DNA of 64,000 nt from Coriobacteriia bacterium (GCA_016649875.1 JAENWW010000005.1:12401-76400), one strand, 5' to 3'. Counted from the stretch's first letter, positions 39,511 to 50,582 are shown. Program-made: numbers and translations. The notes: generated from the sequence alone by a model not told the origin.

Positions 39511-40998
39511 ATGATGAAACAAAAACCGATTGTCGACCCCATGCTCACTGATCTTTATCAACTGACGATGGCGCAAGGTTATTTTCTTTCAGGAAAAGAG
39601 TATCTCGAGGCGAACTTCACGATATTTTTCCGTGAAAATCCCTTTTCGGGTGGCTTCGCCATTGCGGGGGGAATCGAGCCCGCAATCGAATTCTTGGATA
39701 ACTTCGGTTTTACGGATGACGATATCGCTTATCTCGCGACGCTCGAAGCCGGCGACGGAACACACCTTTTCGTCGATGTCTTCCTCAAGCATCTCAAAGA
39801 GATGAAATTCGCGTGCAACGTCGAAGCCGTCGAAGAAGGAACGGTTATTTTTGCGCGCGAGCCGATTTTCAAAGTATCGGGTCCCATTGAACAGTGCCAA
39901 ATCGTCGAAACGACGCTCTTGAACATAATCAACTTTTCAACGCTTGTCGCGACGAAGGCCGCAAGGTGCAATATCGCCGCGAAAGGGGACGCGATTTTGG
40001 AATTCGGGTTGCGGCGTGCGCAAGGTCCCGACGGCGGTCTCATGGCGAGTCGTGCCTCGTTCATCGGAGGTTGTGCCGCCACTTCGAACACTCTCGCCGG
40101 GCAAGTCTACGATATACCGGTCGCCGGTACGCACGCCCACTCGTGGATTATGGCGTTTGATTCTGAGAAAGAGTCGTTTGACGCCTATGTCGAAACATCG
40201 CCGAATAACGTGGTGCTCCTCGTCGACACCTATGACACGCTGCGCGGGGTGAAGTACGCCATCGAGTCGGGACGTGCGATGGAGGCGCGCGGGGAGCATT
40301 TTGTGGGAATCCGTATCGACTCGGGCGACCTTGCATGGCTCTCGAAAGAGGCGCGGAAAATGCTTGATGATGCGGGGCTAACGCATGCGAAGATTTTCGC
40401 CTCCAATGAACTTGACGAATACACGATCTCCTCGCTGAAAGATCAGGGCGCGCCCATAGACGTGTGGGGAGTCGGCACGAAGATGGCCACCGCATTCGAC
40501 CAGCCTGCACTCGGGGGAGTTTATAAATTGACGGCCATCCGTAAACAGGGCGATGAAACATGGTCGCCGCGCATCAAAGTATCCTCACAAGCGAACAAAA
40601 TCACGACTCCGGGAATTCACGGAGTTCGTCGGTATGTGCGAGAAGACGGAAGCTATGCCGGAGATATGGTGTACGATCTGCAGAATGCTCCGAAATCCGC
40701 GGCTGCGGTTATGGTGGACCCCTTCGACTCAATGAGGAGAAAGCGCTTCGAGACCGAAGCGGTCTACTGGGAACTGTTGATTCCGATGTTTGAGTCCGGA
40801 AGGCTCGTGTATGAGTTGCCGACCATTCGCCAAGTCCAGGCGCGAGCTCATGAAGGCATACGTCATCTGCATGAGACGCAGCTACGTTTTCTGAATCCGC
40901 ACACCTATCCAGTCGGGCTCGAACAATCGCTGTATGATGTGCGCAACCGTCTCCTCGAAGAAGCACGCAGCAGAGGAAACGGAGGCTCATATGAGTGA
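39511..40998 (+). CDS. pncB: Nicotinate phosphoribosyltransferase
   Basis: N-terminus LTDLYQLTMAQGYF and PRTase-family motifs. Confidence 0.85.
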   Translation: MMKQKPIVDPMLTDLYQLTMAQGYFLSGKEYLEANFTIFFRENPFSGGFAIAGGIEPAIEFLDNFGFTDDDIAYLATLEAGDGTHLFVDVFLKHLKEMKFACNVEAVEEGTVIFAREPIFKVSGPIEQCQIVETTLLNIINFSTLVATKAARCNIAAKGDAILEFGLRRAQGPDGGLMASRASFIGGCAATSNTLAGQVYDIPVAGTHAHSWIMAFDSEKESFDAYVETSPNNVVLLVDTYDTLRGVKYAIESGRAMEARGEHFVGIRIDSGDLAWLSKEARKMLDDAGLTHAKIFASNELDEYTISSLKDQGAPIDVWGVGTKMATAFDQPALGGVYKLTAIRKQGDETWSPRIKVSSQANKITTPGIHGVRRYVREDGSYAGDMVYDLQNAPKSAAAVMVDPFDSMRRKRFETEAVYWELLIPMFESGRLVYELPTIRQVQARAHEGIRHLHETQLRFLNPHTYPVGLEQSLYDVRNRLLEEARSRGNGGSYE

Positions 40999-41614
40999 TG
41001 AGGCGCTTTTGGTAGTCGATGTCCAAAATGATTTTCTAGCCGGAGGCGCGCTCGCCGTTCCGCGAGGGGATGAGGTGCTCCCGGTGATCAACGGTCTCAT
41101 GGATGAATTCGATTCGGTCATCGCCACCATCGATTACCACCCGAAAGGGCATGTCTCATTCGCTTCTTCGCATGAAGGACGTGCTCTCGGGGATGTCGTC
41201 GAAGTCGACGGTGTCGCCCAAATGTTGTGGCCCGATCATTGCGTGCAGAATTCGGTCGGCGCCGAGTTGGCCGAGGAATTGCGCAACGGCCCCCTCACGA
41301 AATTCGTATGCAAAGGGATGGACCCACTCGTCGATTCGTATTCCGCATTTTTCGATAACAACGGGCAAAACGACACCGGACTGGCTGAATATTTGCGTGA
41401 CTGCGGCATTTCGAAGATTTTCGTGTGTGGTTTGGCTCTCGATTATTGTGTGAAGTTCAGCGTGCTCGACGCTCTGCACCTCGGTTTCGATGTTACGCTG
41501 ATAGAGGATGCAACCCGTGCGGTGAATGCGGAGGAGGGCGATGGCAAACGTGCCATCGCACAGATGCGTGCCGCGGGAGCAAAAACGATAAAGAGCAGTG
41601 AGGTAAAAAGATGA
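40991..41614 (+). CDS. pncA: Nicotinamidase / isochorismatase-family hydrolase
   Basis: LLVVDVQNDF and the catalytic Cys in FVCGLALDYCV. GGAGG RBS. Overlaps the pncB stop. Confidence 0.8.
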   Translation: MSDEALLVVDVQNDFLAGGALAVPRGDEVLPVINGLMDEFDSVIATIDYHPKGHVSFASSHEGRALGDVVEVDGVAQMLWPDHCVQNSVGAELAEELRNGPLTKFVCKGMDPLVDSYSAFFDNNGQNDTGLAEYLRDCGISKIFVCGLALDYCVKFSVLDALHLGFDVTLIEDATRAVNAEEGDGKRAIAQMRAAGAKTIKSSEVKR

Positions 41615-42192
41615 AAATACTGGCGATCAACGGTTCGGCTCGGAAAAAGGGCAACACCCACGATATGCTTGTCGCCGCTCTCGCTCCGCTGGAGGCGGTC
41701 GGGCACGAGTGTGAGATGGTGTCACTTGCAGCCGAGGATGTGCGCGGTTGTACGGCCTGCGGCAAATGCAAGGAGAAGAGGGACCGTGCCTGCCACGGGC
41801 GCAAGGATTTCATCGCTGAAATCATGGGGAAAGTCTGGGAGGCGGATGTTTTGTTTCTCGGATCGCCGACCTATTTCGGCGATGTGTCCACTGAGATGAA
41901 AGCATTCATCGATCGCATCGGATATGTCGCGATGGCGAACGGAGGGCTTCTCCGCCGCAAAGTCGGAGCGGCCGTGGTCACCGCACGACGCGGCGGTGCG
42001 ATTCACACGTTCGACACCATCAATCATCTTTTTACTATCAGCGAGATGGTCACCGTCGGTTCCTCCTATTGGAACGTCGGTCTCGGTGCACCGATCGGCG
42101 CTGTGAAAGAAAACGACGAGGAGGGCATGGAAACCATGCGCAAGCTCGGAGAGAATACGGCATGGCTCCTTGAGAAGTTAGGGCGTGTGTGA
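41611..42192 (+). CDS. Iron-sulfur flavoprotein (Isf)-like NADPH-dependent FMN reductase
   Basis: MKILAINGSARKKGNT and the Cys cluster CTACGKCKEKRDRAC. Confidence 0.75.
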   Translation: MKILAINGSARKKGNTHDMLVAALAPLEAVGHECEMVSLAAEDVRGCTACGKCKEKRDRACHGRKDFIAEIMGKVWEADVLFLGSPTYFGDVSTEMKAFIDRIGYVAMANGGLLRRKVGAAVVTARRGGAIHTFDTINHLFTISEMVTVGSSYWNVGLGAPIGAVKENDEEGMETMRKLGENTAWLLEKLGRV

Positions 42193-42196
42193 CGTT

Positions 42197-43069
42197 ATGG
42201 AAAGAATAGGATTCATCGGATGCGGTGTCATGGGAAATGCGATGGCAGGGCATCTGCTTGATGCAGGCTACGAGGTTGTCGTGTACAATCGCACGAAATC
42301 TCGCACGGATAATCTCATCGCCCGAGGGGCCACGTGGGCGAGTTCTCCCGCTTCCGCAAGTGCCGAGGCCGACGTGGTGATTTCCATGGTCGGTTATCCG
42401 AGTGATGTCGAGGAAATCTATACGGGAAAAGACGGGATTATCGAAAGTGCGCGAGAGGGTACACTCCTTATCGACATGACGACATCCTCTCCGTCGCTCG
42501 CCGAAAAATTGGCCGATAGGGCTGCGGCGCGCAATCTCGGTATGCTCGATGCGCCGGTTTCGGGCGGCGATACGGGTGCGAAGAATGCGACGTTGACCAT
42601 CATGGTCGGCGGAACGCAAGAAAACTTCGACCGTGCGCTTCCTCTTTTCAGAGTCATGGGAACGTCTTTCGCGCTTCACGGCGGTCCCGGCAGCGGGCAA
42701 CACTGCAAGATGGCGAACCAAATCAATATCGCCGCCACCATGCTCGGGATGGCCGAATCACTTGCCTACGCCAAGGCGGCCGGTCTTGATCCGATGCGTG
42801 TCATCGAGACGCTTTCCGGCGGGTCGTCGCAGACGTGGTCGCTTTCCAATTACGGACCGCGTGTGCTCAAAGGCGACTACGCGGCCGGATTTTACGTGAA
42901 GCATTTCATCAAAGATTTGAAAATCGCACTCGAACAAGCGAGCGAAATGGGAGTCGATCTGCCCGCGACTCGGCTTGCGAAAGAGCTCTACGTCAAACTC
43001 GCGGAAGACCACGACGGCAAGATTCTCGGCACGCAGGCGATAATGCTGATGTACTTAGGCGAAAACTAA
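42197..43069 (+). CDS. NAD(P)-dependent 3-hydroxyisobutyrate / tartronate-semialdehyde reductase-family dehydrogenase
   Basis: Rossmann motif IGFIGCGVMGNAM. 6PGDH-like. Confidence 0.8.
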   Translation: MERIGFIGCGVMGNAMAGHLLDAGYEVVVYNRTKSRTDNLIARGATWASSPASASAEADVVISMVGYPSDVEEIYTGKDGIIESAREGTLLIDMTTSSPSLAEKLADRAAARNLGMLDAPVSGGDTGAKNATLTIMVGGTQENFDRALPLFRVMGTSFALHGGPGSGQHCKMANQINIAATMLGMAESLAYAKAAGLDPMRVIETLSGGSSQTWSLSNYGPRVLKGDYAAGFYVKHFIKDLKIALEQASEMGVDLPATRLAKELYVKLAEDHDGKILGTQAIMLMYLGEN

Positions 43070-45327
43070 TGCCCGCACCTTTTACCAGTTATCCGTTCTT
43101 CGTCACGTGTGCGACCGGCCTCGAGCCGTTGCTCGCCGACGAAATGCGCGCCATGCGGACTCACAGTGTACGTCCGCAACACGGCGGTGTCCTTTTCACC
43201 GGAACCATCAAAGACGCCTATCGCATCTGTCTGTGGTCGCGGCTTGCCTCGCGCGTGCTGCTTTCTTTGGGCGAGGTGGATGCGACTTCCGCCGAAACGC
43301 TTTACGCGGGAGTTAAAGCGATGCCGTGGGAGGAGCACATGCGCGCCACCGGTACGCTCGTGGTGCAATCGACCGGTGTCAACGAAAGTTTGCGCAATAC
43401 ACAGTTCACCAATGTGAAAGTGAAAGACGCCGTCGCCGATAGATTCCGCGAAATGTTCAACGTGCGTCCCAACGTCGATCCGCTCACTCCTGAACTGACC
43501 ATCAACGTGCTCATCATGCAGAACCGCGCCAAGATTTCAATCGACTTGGCGGGCGAGCCGCTGCACAAAAGAGGCTATCGTCAAGACGGAGTCCAGGTCG
43601 TCGCCCCCATGAAGGAAACGCTTGCCGCCGCGATGCTTCTCACTGCCGGCTGGCCTGAAATCGCCGCAGAAGGCGGTCCTCTCGTCGACTTCATGTGCGG
43701 CTCGGGAACGCTTCTCGTCGAAGGAGCGATGATTGCCGGCGATATCGCACCGGGGCTGTTGCGCCGCCGCTGGGGTTTTTCCAAATGGCTGAAACATGAC
43801 GAGGAGGCGTGGGATGTCCTGCTCGATGAGGCGAACAATCGTCGCGCACAAGGTGCGGACAAAATTCCGCCGATTGTAGGAAGCGATTACGATGCACGTT
43901 CGATCGAGATCGCACGGCGCGTCATTCGCCGCGCACGACTCGACACGAAAATTTCTCTCGCCCGCATGGACTTGCGCGCGGCTCAACCACCGCTCGGATT
44001 CGCCCATCCCGGTCTCGTGACGCTCAACCCGCCGTACGGAGAGCGTTTGGCCTCCACCGATGAAGTGGTCGAAATCTATCTCAATATCGCAGAAATCGCC
44101 CGTCTTCGTTTCGACGGGTGGACTTTGGCGATCATCTCACCGGACAGTCGACTTTCCGCAACGCTTGCGTTAAACCCCACGCGCGTCAAAGAATTCTACA
44201 ACGGAAGGATTTTGTCTCCGGTGAGCGTGTACCGCATCGGTGAGGCGCAAGAGGTCGCAGCCCCGGAGTCGCACGGGTTCCAGGAGGATCTCAAGCATCC
44301 GCTCGCATTCGGAGGCAAGGGCGAAAAGACCATCGCGCCGAAATTCGATATAGATCCCGAACCTTTCAAAAACCGCCTCGAAAAAATGAAGAAGCATTAT
44401 GAGAAGTGGGCGCGCAAAGCCGGCATTTCGTGCTATCGCATATACGATGCCGACCTGCCCGATTTCAACTGTGCCATCGACATCTATCGCGGTGTTGGTA
44501 TCAGTGAAGGGCGCGCGTGGGTCCATGTGGCCGAGTATGCCCCACCGGCAGACGTCGATCCGCGCCTTGCGGCGGCTCGCATGGAAATAGTTCGAGAGGT
44601 CTGCTCCGAGGTGTTCGATGCCGCGCAAGGCGATCTCATTGTAAAGCAGCGCAAGCGCCAAAGGGGTTCGAGTCAGTACGAGCGTACCGAGCAAGGTCAA
44701 ATCGTCGGGTTCGTCGAGGAAGGCGGGCTGACCTTCGAAGTGAATTTGACCGAGTATCTCGATACGGGAATTTTCCTCGATCACAGAGATGTCCGGGCGA
44801 TGATTCGCGCCTCGGTGAAGGGCAAGACATTTCTCAACTTGTTCGCCTATACGGGCGTGGTCTCGGTGTTCGCCGCGGCCGGCGGTGCACACAACACTAC
44901 GACGGTCGACATGTCGAAAACCTATCTCGATGCCGCGCGACGCAACATGCAGCGCAATAATCTACTGACGGACAACGAAGCGTTCGAACAGGCGGATGTG
45001 ACGACGTGGGTCGATGAGGCGATCGATACCGGGCGAACGTTCGATATGATTTTTTGCGACCCCCCGACTTTTTCCAACTCGAAGCGTATGGATGACACAT
45101 GGGATGTGGTACGCGATCATGCGGATCTTCTCATCAAACTCGGGAAAATCTTATCGACTGGCGGAGAGATTATCTTCTCTTGCAACAAGCACGGATTCAA
45201 AATCGATGTCGACAGCCTGAAAGCCGCGAATCTCGAAGTCGAAGATATCACCAAACGCACCATGCCGCGGGACTTCGAGCGAAACACGCATATTCATAAG
45301 TGCTACAAAATCACGCACGAATCATAA
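43069..45327 (+). CDS. rlmL: Bifunctional 23S rRNA methyltransferase RlmKL (m2G2445/m7G2069)
   Basis: THUMP/RlmL N-terminus with LWSRLASR and two SAM-methyltransferase domains. TAATG overlap with the upstream stop. The ORF is open from 42835. Confidence 0.8.
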   Translation: MPAPFTSYPFFVTCATGLEPLLADEMRAMRTHSVRPQHGGVLFTGTIKDAYRICLWSRLASRVLLSLGEVDATSAETLYAGVKAMPWEEHMRATGTLVVQSTGVNESLRNTQFTNVKVKDAVADRFREMFNVRPNVDPLTPELTINVLIMQNRAKISIDLAGEPLHKRGYRQDGVQVVAPMKETLAAAMLLTAGWPEIAAEGGPLVDFMCGSGTLLVEGAMIAGDIAPGLLRRRWGFSKWLKHDEEAWDVLLDEANNRRAQGADKIPPIVGSDYDARSIEIARRVIRRARLDTKISLARMDLRAAQPPLGFAHPGLVTLNPPYGERLASTDEVVEIYLNIAEIARLRFDGWTLAIISPDSRLSATLALNPTRVKEFYNGRILSPVSVYRIGEAQEVAAPESHGFQEDLKHPLAFGGKGEKTIAPKFDIDPEPFKNRLEKMKKHYEKWARKAGISCYRIYDADLPDFNCAIDIYRGVGISEGRAWVHVAEYAPPADVDPRLAAARMEIVREVCSEVFDAAQGDLIVKQRKRQRGSSQYERTEQGQIVGFVEEGGLTFEVNLTEYLDTGIFLDHRDVRAMIRASVKGKTFLNLFAYTGVVSVFAAAGGAHNTTTVDMSKTYLDAARRNMQRNNLLTDNEAFEQADVTTWVDEAIDTGRTFDMIFCDPPTFSNSKRMDDTWDVVRDHADLLIKLGKILSTGGEIIFSCNKHGFKIDVDSLKAANLEVEDITKRTMPRDFERNTHIHKCYKITHES

Positions 45328-45343
45328 GAAAGGAACGCCTCCT

Positions 45344-46690
45344 GTGTCCGATCTCAAACAATCAATCGCCGAGTATATGGGCACGACTCTGTCAGATCTC
45401 GCGACATTGGTCGCGTACCCTTCATTGGCGTTCGAAGGATACGATCATGAGCCCACTATTGCCTGCGGTAACGCGGTCTCGGAAATGTTTCGTGCGGCAG
45501 GGTTCGATGGCGCCGAACTCATCTCGGTGGGTCCCGGCTTCAAGGCTGTTTGGGCAGAGCATCACGTTTCCTGCGATGTTGCGACCGTACTCCTGTACGC
45601 TCACTACGATATTCAGCCCGCTCCGAAAGACGAGCAGCAGTGGAAGACCGATCCTTGGACGTTGACACGCGGTGACGACGGACGCTATCACGGTCGCGGC
45701 GCCGCAGATGACAAGTCCGGAATCGTGCAGCATCTCGGCGCACTTCATGTGCTGGGCGGGCCTGATGCGATAACGAATGTGAACTTGAAAGTTTGTATCG
45801 AGGGTGAAGAAGAGGCTCACGGTCATCTCGCCGATTATATCGCGCAAGACCCGAATCGCTTCGGAGCCGACGTGTATATCATCGCCGATACGGGCAACAT
45901 TTCGGTGGGCGAGCCGATTCTCACCACGAGCCTGCGCGGCGATGTGAACGTCGATGTCACCGTCGAGACGGTTTCTTCCGCCTTGCATTCGGGGATATTC
46001 GGAGGTCCGACACCCGACGCACTCGTAACGTTGATGAATGTTCTTCAGTCGTTTTATGACGAAAAAGGCAACACCGTCATCGAAGGCATAAAAACCGGTG
46101 AGGAGGACGGCGCCGAGTTCCCCGAAGAGTTGTTTCGCGAACAAGCGGAGTTGCTGCCCGGTGTCGAACTCGTCGGTACCGGTTCGATCGCGACGCGTCT
46201 CTGGAAACGCCCCAATGCCACGGTCATCGGCATGGACGTTCCGAGTTTGGCGAGCGCGGCCAACATCATCATTCCGAAAGCCACGGCACGAGTTGCCGTG
46301 CGCTACCCGGCAGGCAACGACCCCCGTGATGTTCTCGATGCCGTGAAGCGACATATATCCTCGCATACGCCTTTCGCCGCGAAAGTCACCTTTACCCGTG
46401 AACTCGCATCGCCGGCGTTCCAAACGTCGCTCGACACTTCCACAGGCGAACTTGCGCTTGAAGCGCTCGGTGAGGCATTCGAAAAGCCGGCCTCGACCAT
46501 CGGCTGCGGAGCATCGATTCCGTTGCTTTCGGAGTTGCAAAAGATTTCTCCCGAAGCGACTTTCTTGCTGTTCGGCCCCGAGGATCAAGCCGAGGCGAAA
46601 GTGCATTCCGGCAACGAAAGCGTCGATGCAGACGAGATCGCCCGATGCATCCACGCGGAGGCGCTCATTTTGCAACGTATTTCTCGATAA
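45344..46690 (+). CDS. M20-family metallopeptidase (dipeptidase-like)
   Basis: M20 motifs HYDIQP, GRGAADDKSG and EGEEE. GTG start. Confidence 0.8.
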   Translation: MSDLKQSIAEYMGTTLSDLATLVAYPSLAFEGYDHEPTIACGNAVSEMFRAAGFDGAELISVGPGFKAVWAEHHVSCDVATVLLYAHYDIQPAPKDEQQWKTDPWTLTRGDDGRYHGRGAADDKSGIVQHLGALHVLGGPDAITNVNLKVCIEGEEEAHGHLADYIAQDPNRFGADVYIIADTGNISVGEPILTTSLRGDVNVDVTVETVSSALHSGIFGGPTPDALVTLMNVLQSFYDEKGNTVIEGIKTGEEDGAEFPEELFREQAELLPGVELVGTGSIATRLWKRPNATVIGMDVPSLASAANIIIPKATARVAVRYPAGNDPRDVLDAVKRHISSHTPFAAKVTFTRELASPAFQTSLDTSTGELALEALGEAFEKPASTIGCGASIPLLSELQKISPEATFLLFGPEDQAEAKVHSGNESVDADEIARCIHAEALILQRISR

Positions 46691-46722
46691 TCGAGCTTAC
46701 GAGAGCCACCATATGGCGCCCG

Positions 46723-46757
46723 CCCGCGAAGTTGTCTATGACTTCGCGGGCTTTTTG
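46723..46757 (+). terminator. Rho-independent terminator after the M20 peptidase gene
   Basis: CCCGCGAAGT pairs with ACTTCGCGGG around an 8-nt loop, followed by CTTTTTG. Confidence 0.6.
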
Positions 46758-46879
46758 CGATAAAATAGTATTCTGCCGCGCTTATATAAAAAAGTTGCAT
46801 ATTAAATGGAGGAATTGCACCATTGCCTATTAATATGCCTTTTATACCTGTTTGAATTGAATAGTATCGAGGAGCAAAC

Positions 46880-48094
46880 ATGAATCAAATGTTCAAAGGT
46901 AATTTAGCCGACGAAGCCGCCGACCATATGGTCTGGGAACTTCCCATCGATTCAAAACTTGACACCGTTCACGTAAAAATCGATGACACCACGCTGCGCG
47001 ACGGTGAGCAAACAGCCGGCGTTGTTTTCACCAATGATGAGAAAGTAACCATCGCAAAGATGCTCGACGAGCTCGGTGTCGATCAAATCGAAGCGGGAAT
47101 TCCGGTCATGGGCGGCGATGAAGCCGAAACCATCGAGCGCATCGCCCATCTCGGACTCAACGCATCGATTCTCGGGTGGAACCGTGCGACTATCCCCGAT
47201 ATCAAAACTTCCATCGATTGCGGAGTGGATGCCGTTGCGATTTCTTTGGCGACTTCCGATATCCACATTAAGACAAAACTCAAGAAAGACCGCAAATGGG
47301 TCATCGATTCCATGCGCGAGTCGGTGCAATATGCGAAATCGGAAGGCGTGTATGTTTCGGTCAACGCTGAAGATGCTTCGCGCACGGAACTCGGGTTCCT
47401 CCTCGAATACGCCTTGGCTGCCAAAGAAGAAGGTGCGGATCGTATTCGATTCTGCGACACGGTCGGTGTCATGGAGCCTTTCCGTTGCTACTCGATAGTC
47501 AGGCACCTCATTGAGGAGACCGGTCTCGAAGTCGAAATGCACACACACAACGACTTCGGTATGGCTGTGGCAAACGCCATCGCAGGCGTGCATGCCGGCG
47601 CCGGATGGGTCAATGTCACCATCGGTGGGCTCGGCGAGCGTGCCGGCAATGCTGCGCTCGAAGTTGTCGTCATGGCGCTCAAATATCTCGAGCAAATGGA
47701 TCTCGAATTCGACACGAAGCGCTTCCATGAGGTTGCCGATTACGTCATGCGCGCGGCAGGTCGCACGGTTTCGGCGTGGAGCCCCATCGTCGGTTCGAAC
47801 ATGTTCGCGCATGAGTCCGGTATTCATGCGGACGGCGTCATCAAGAACCCGAAAACATATGAAGTATTCAGTCCTGAAGAAGTCGGCCTCGAGCGCCAAA
47901 TCGTGGTGGGAAAGCATTCGGGCTCCAAGACAATCGAGATGAAGCTCGGCGAGTTCGGTATAGCCATCGAGCACCAAGATGCAGCCGCTCTTCTTCCGGC
48001 GGTTCGCGCGAAATCGGTTCTTTTGAATCGCTCGCTTTTCGATAAGGAACTCGTGGTCCTCTATCAAAATTACATGAATAAAAAGGAGGCCTAG
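46880..48094 (+). CDS. Short-form 2-isopropylmalate / citramalate / homocitrate synthase-family enzyme. It lacks the LeuA C-terminal regulatory domain.
   Basis: DRE-TIM motifs LRDGEQ and HTHNDFG. It is 404 aa against >500 for canonical LeuA. GAGGAG RBS. It heads the leuCD...leuB cluster. Confidence 0.8.
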   Translation: MNQMFKGNLADEAADHMVWELPIDSKLDTVHVKIDDTTLRDGEQTAGVVFTNDEKVTIAKMLDELGVDQIEAGIPVMGGDEAETIERIAHLGLNASILGWNRATIPDIKTSIDCGVDAVAISLATSDIHIKTKLKKDRKWVIDSMRESVQYAKSEGVYVSVNAEDASRTELGFLLEYALAAKEEGADRIRFCDTVGVMEPFRCYSIVRHLIEETGLEVEMHTHNDFGMAVANAIAGVHAGAGWVNVTIGGLGERAGNAALEVVVMALKYLEQMDLEFDTKRFHEVADYVMRAAGRTVSAWSPIVGSNMFAHESGIHADGVIKNPKTYEVFSPEEVGLERQIVVGKHSGSKTIEMKLGEFGIAIEHQDAAALLPAVRAKSVLLNRSLFDKELVVLYQNYMNKKEA

Positions 48095-48100
48095 AGCCGC

Positions 48101-49360
48101 ATGCCGGGAAAGACTATCGCAGAAAAGATATTTTCACTTCACTCGGGCACCGACGCACATGCCGGTGACATCGTCGTCGCCGATGTGGACTTCGTCATGG
48201 GACAGGATGGAACTTCGCCTCTCGCCATCAATGCGCTCGAAGACATGGGCGTGAAGGAAGTGTTCGACCCGTCGAAAGTCGCACTCGTCATCGATCACTC
48301 GAGCCCGAGTCCTGTTGAGGGCGTAAGCGCCCTCCATACCATCATGCGCAACTTCGGAAAAACGACCGGTTGCACGGTTTACGACGTCGGGTGTGGTGTC
48401 TGTCACCAGCTTATACCCGAGCGCGGACACGTGGTATCGGGTGATTTGATGGTCGGCTGTGATTCGCACACGTGTACCTACGGTGCCATCAACGTCTTTT
48501 CGACGGGTGTCGGCTCGACTGACGGCGCTGCGGCCATGGCGTCGGGCAAACTGTGGTTTAACGTGCCCCCTACGATTAAAGTCGTTTTCAACGGAACACT
48601 GCCGCAAGGTGTCTTTTCCAAGGACCTCATTTTGTATCTTGTCGGCATGATGGGTGCCGACGGTGCAACGTATAAAGCTCTCGAATTCAGCGGTCCGGTC
48701 ATCGACGCACTTTCGGTGGAAGCACGCATGACCATTTCGAACATGGCCATCGAGGTCGGTGCGAAGGCCGGTCTGATGGAGGCCGACGATAAGACGATTG
48801 CATGGTGCAAAGCGCATTCGGACAAGGAACTGCATCCGCAATCCGCCGATGCTGATGCCGTGTATGAGCAAATCATTGAAATCAATACCGATACAATCGT
48901 TCCTCAAATTGCCAAACCGCATTCGGTCGACAATGTTTCTCCCATCGATGAGGTCGAAGGCACGCCGATTGCACAAGGGTTTCTCGGCACCTGTACGAAC
49001 GGGCGTCTCGAGGACTTCGCAGTCGCCGCAAAAATTTTGGAAGGCAAGCATATCGCCGACGGCGTGCGCTTCATCGTCGCTCCGGCCTCGAAAGACATTT
49101 ATCTGCAGGCGATGGAGGCCGGCTATATTCAAACGTTCGTGCATGCGGGCGCCTGTGTGGTTACTCCGGGGTGCGGACCGTGCGTCGGCACTCATGACGG
49201 GGTCCCCTCAAACGGTGAGAATGTCATTTCCACCGCAAATCGTAACTTCAAGGGTCGTATGGGCAACAGTGAGGCGTTCATCTACTTGGGCAGCCCTGCG
49301 ACGGTCGCCGCATCGGTCATCGAGGGTAAAATCACCGATCCTCGTAAGTATTTCAGATAG
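48101..49360 (+). CDS. leuC: 3-isopropylmalate dehydratase large subunit (aconitase family)
   Basis: Aconitase Fe-S ligands (CDSHT, GCGPCVG). Confidence 0.9.
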   Translation: MPGKTIAEKIFSLHSGTDAHAGDIVVADVDFVMGQDGTSPLAINALEDMGVKEVFDPSKVALVIDHSSPSPVEGVSALHTIMRNFGKTTGCTVYDVGCGVCHQLIPERGHVVSGDLMVGCDSHTCTYGAINVFSTGVGSTDGAAAMASGKLWFNVPPTIKVVFNGTLPQGVFSKDLILYLVGMMGADGATYKALEFSGPVIDALSVEARMTISNMAIEVGAKAGLMEADDKTIAWCKAHSDKELHPQSADADAVYEQIIEINTDTIVPQIAKPHSVDNVSPIDEVEGTPIAQGFLGTCTNGRLEDFAVAAKILEGKHIADGVRFIVAPASKDIYLQAMEAGYIQTFVHAGACVVTPGCGPCVGTHDGVPSNGENVISTANRNFKGRMGNSEAFIYLGSPATVAASVIEGKITDPRKYFR

Positions 49361-49375
49361 GAGCTTGTCAGTCAC

Positions 49376-49876
49376 ATGGGAATCACGGCAAAAGCGTTCA
49401 AATACGGCGATGACATCAACACCGACTATATCATCAGCGGTAAATATAAGTTCAAATCAAACGACATGAAAGCCATGGCCGTCCACGCCATGGAAGAACT
49501 CGACCCGCACTATTTTGAAAAAGTGAGCGAGAACGGGGGATTTCTCGTCGCGGGGAAGAATTTCGGTATGGGGTCGAGTCGCGAACAGGCGCCTCTCGTT
49601 CTGATCAACTCGGACACCAAAGCCGTTATCGCGAAATCGTTTGCGCGTATTTTTTATCGCAACGCAATCAATACGGGACTACCGGTCGTCATTTGCGATA
49701 CCGATTCGATCGACGGTGCCGATATGCTCGATTTGGATCTTGCCGCCGGAGTAATCCATAACGTGACACAAGGGACCGACATCACATTTTCGCCTCTTCC
49801 CGGTGTTATGGCACAGCTGTTGGCAGACGGAGGTCTCGCCGCTCATTTTCGCAAGCATGGTGGATTCAACCTCTAG
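49376..49876 (+). CDS. leuD: 3-isopropylmalate dehydratase small subunit
   Basis: 166 aa LeuD-like (GKNFGMGSSRE). Confidence 0.85.
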   Translation: MGITAKAFKYGDDINTDYIISGKYKFKSNDMKAMAVHAMEELDPHYFEKVSENGGFLVAGKNFGMGSSREQAPLVLINSDTKAVIAKSFARIFYRNAINTGLPVVICDTDSIDGADMLDLDLAAGVIHNVTQGTDITFSPLPGVMAQLLADGGLAAHFRKHGGFNL

Positions 49877-49955
49877 GCGATACGTGTCGACGAGGTTTTG
49901 ACCTGAACTATTTCAGGTGTTGCGCCTTCGAGCAACCCAGTTAGGGTGAAATGTT

Positions 49956-50582
49956 ATGAAGTATAGTTTTACTCCGGAGACCCCGGAAGACGAGTGCGCG
50001 GAAAATGCCCTGAGACGCATTAAGATTCGCAGAGAGTTGGTCGAGGCACTCGGTTGCGACTCGCGCGTTTTAAGGCAATATGCCACGACGGTGCTTTTGA
50101 CCGTTGCGGAAGCAAAGCCCGAACTCCTCGTCGAATTTCAAGATGAATTACTCGACGCATTGAACAGACCCGAGCCGATGACGCGCTATCAAATTCTGCG
50201 TATCATCAGCGCATTGATATCCCAAGATGCGCACATCGTTGAAAAAGGATATGAAGACATCGAGGCATGCCTCTACGATGAGGAATCTCCCAATGTCCGC
50301 GGGAGTGCATTCCGTTTGCTCGCACACTACGGCGCGACGACGCAAAAGCGCTCGGAACGTGTATGGCCGAGTCTTTCCGATGCATTGCGTTGTTGGCATC
50401 GCGACACGGTCTTCATGGAAATGCTGGCCGATCTCATCACGCTCCTGGAGGGGAAGTGTTCCGATAGGGTTCGCGACGAAGCGGCGACGCTCTTTGAATT
50501 CGATATCGAGAGCACCGATAATCTACTTCGTCGCAAGGCGCGCTATATCGTCTCGCTTCGCCCTGAGGCAGATAAAAAATAA
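49956..50582 (+). CDS. Hypothetical all-helical protein embedded between leuD and leuB
   Basis: 208 aa with no recognisable catalytic motif. It ends 26 nt before the leuB ATG, so it is probably co-transcribed. Confidence 0.55.
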   Translation: MKYSFTPETPEDECAENALRRIKIRRELVEALGCDSRVLRQYATTVLLTVAEAKPELLVEFQDELLDALNRPEPMTRYQILRIISALISQDAHIVEKGYEDIEACLYDEESPNVRGSAFRLLAHYGATTQKRSERVWPSLSDALRCWHRDTVFMEMLADLITLLEGKCSDRVRDEAATLFEFDIESTDNLLRRKARYIVSLRPEADKK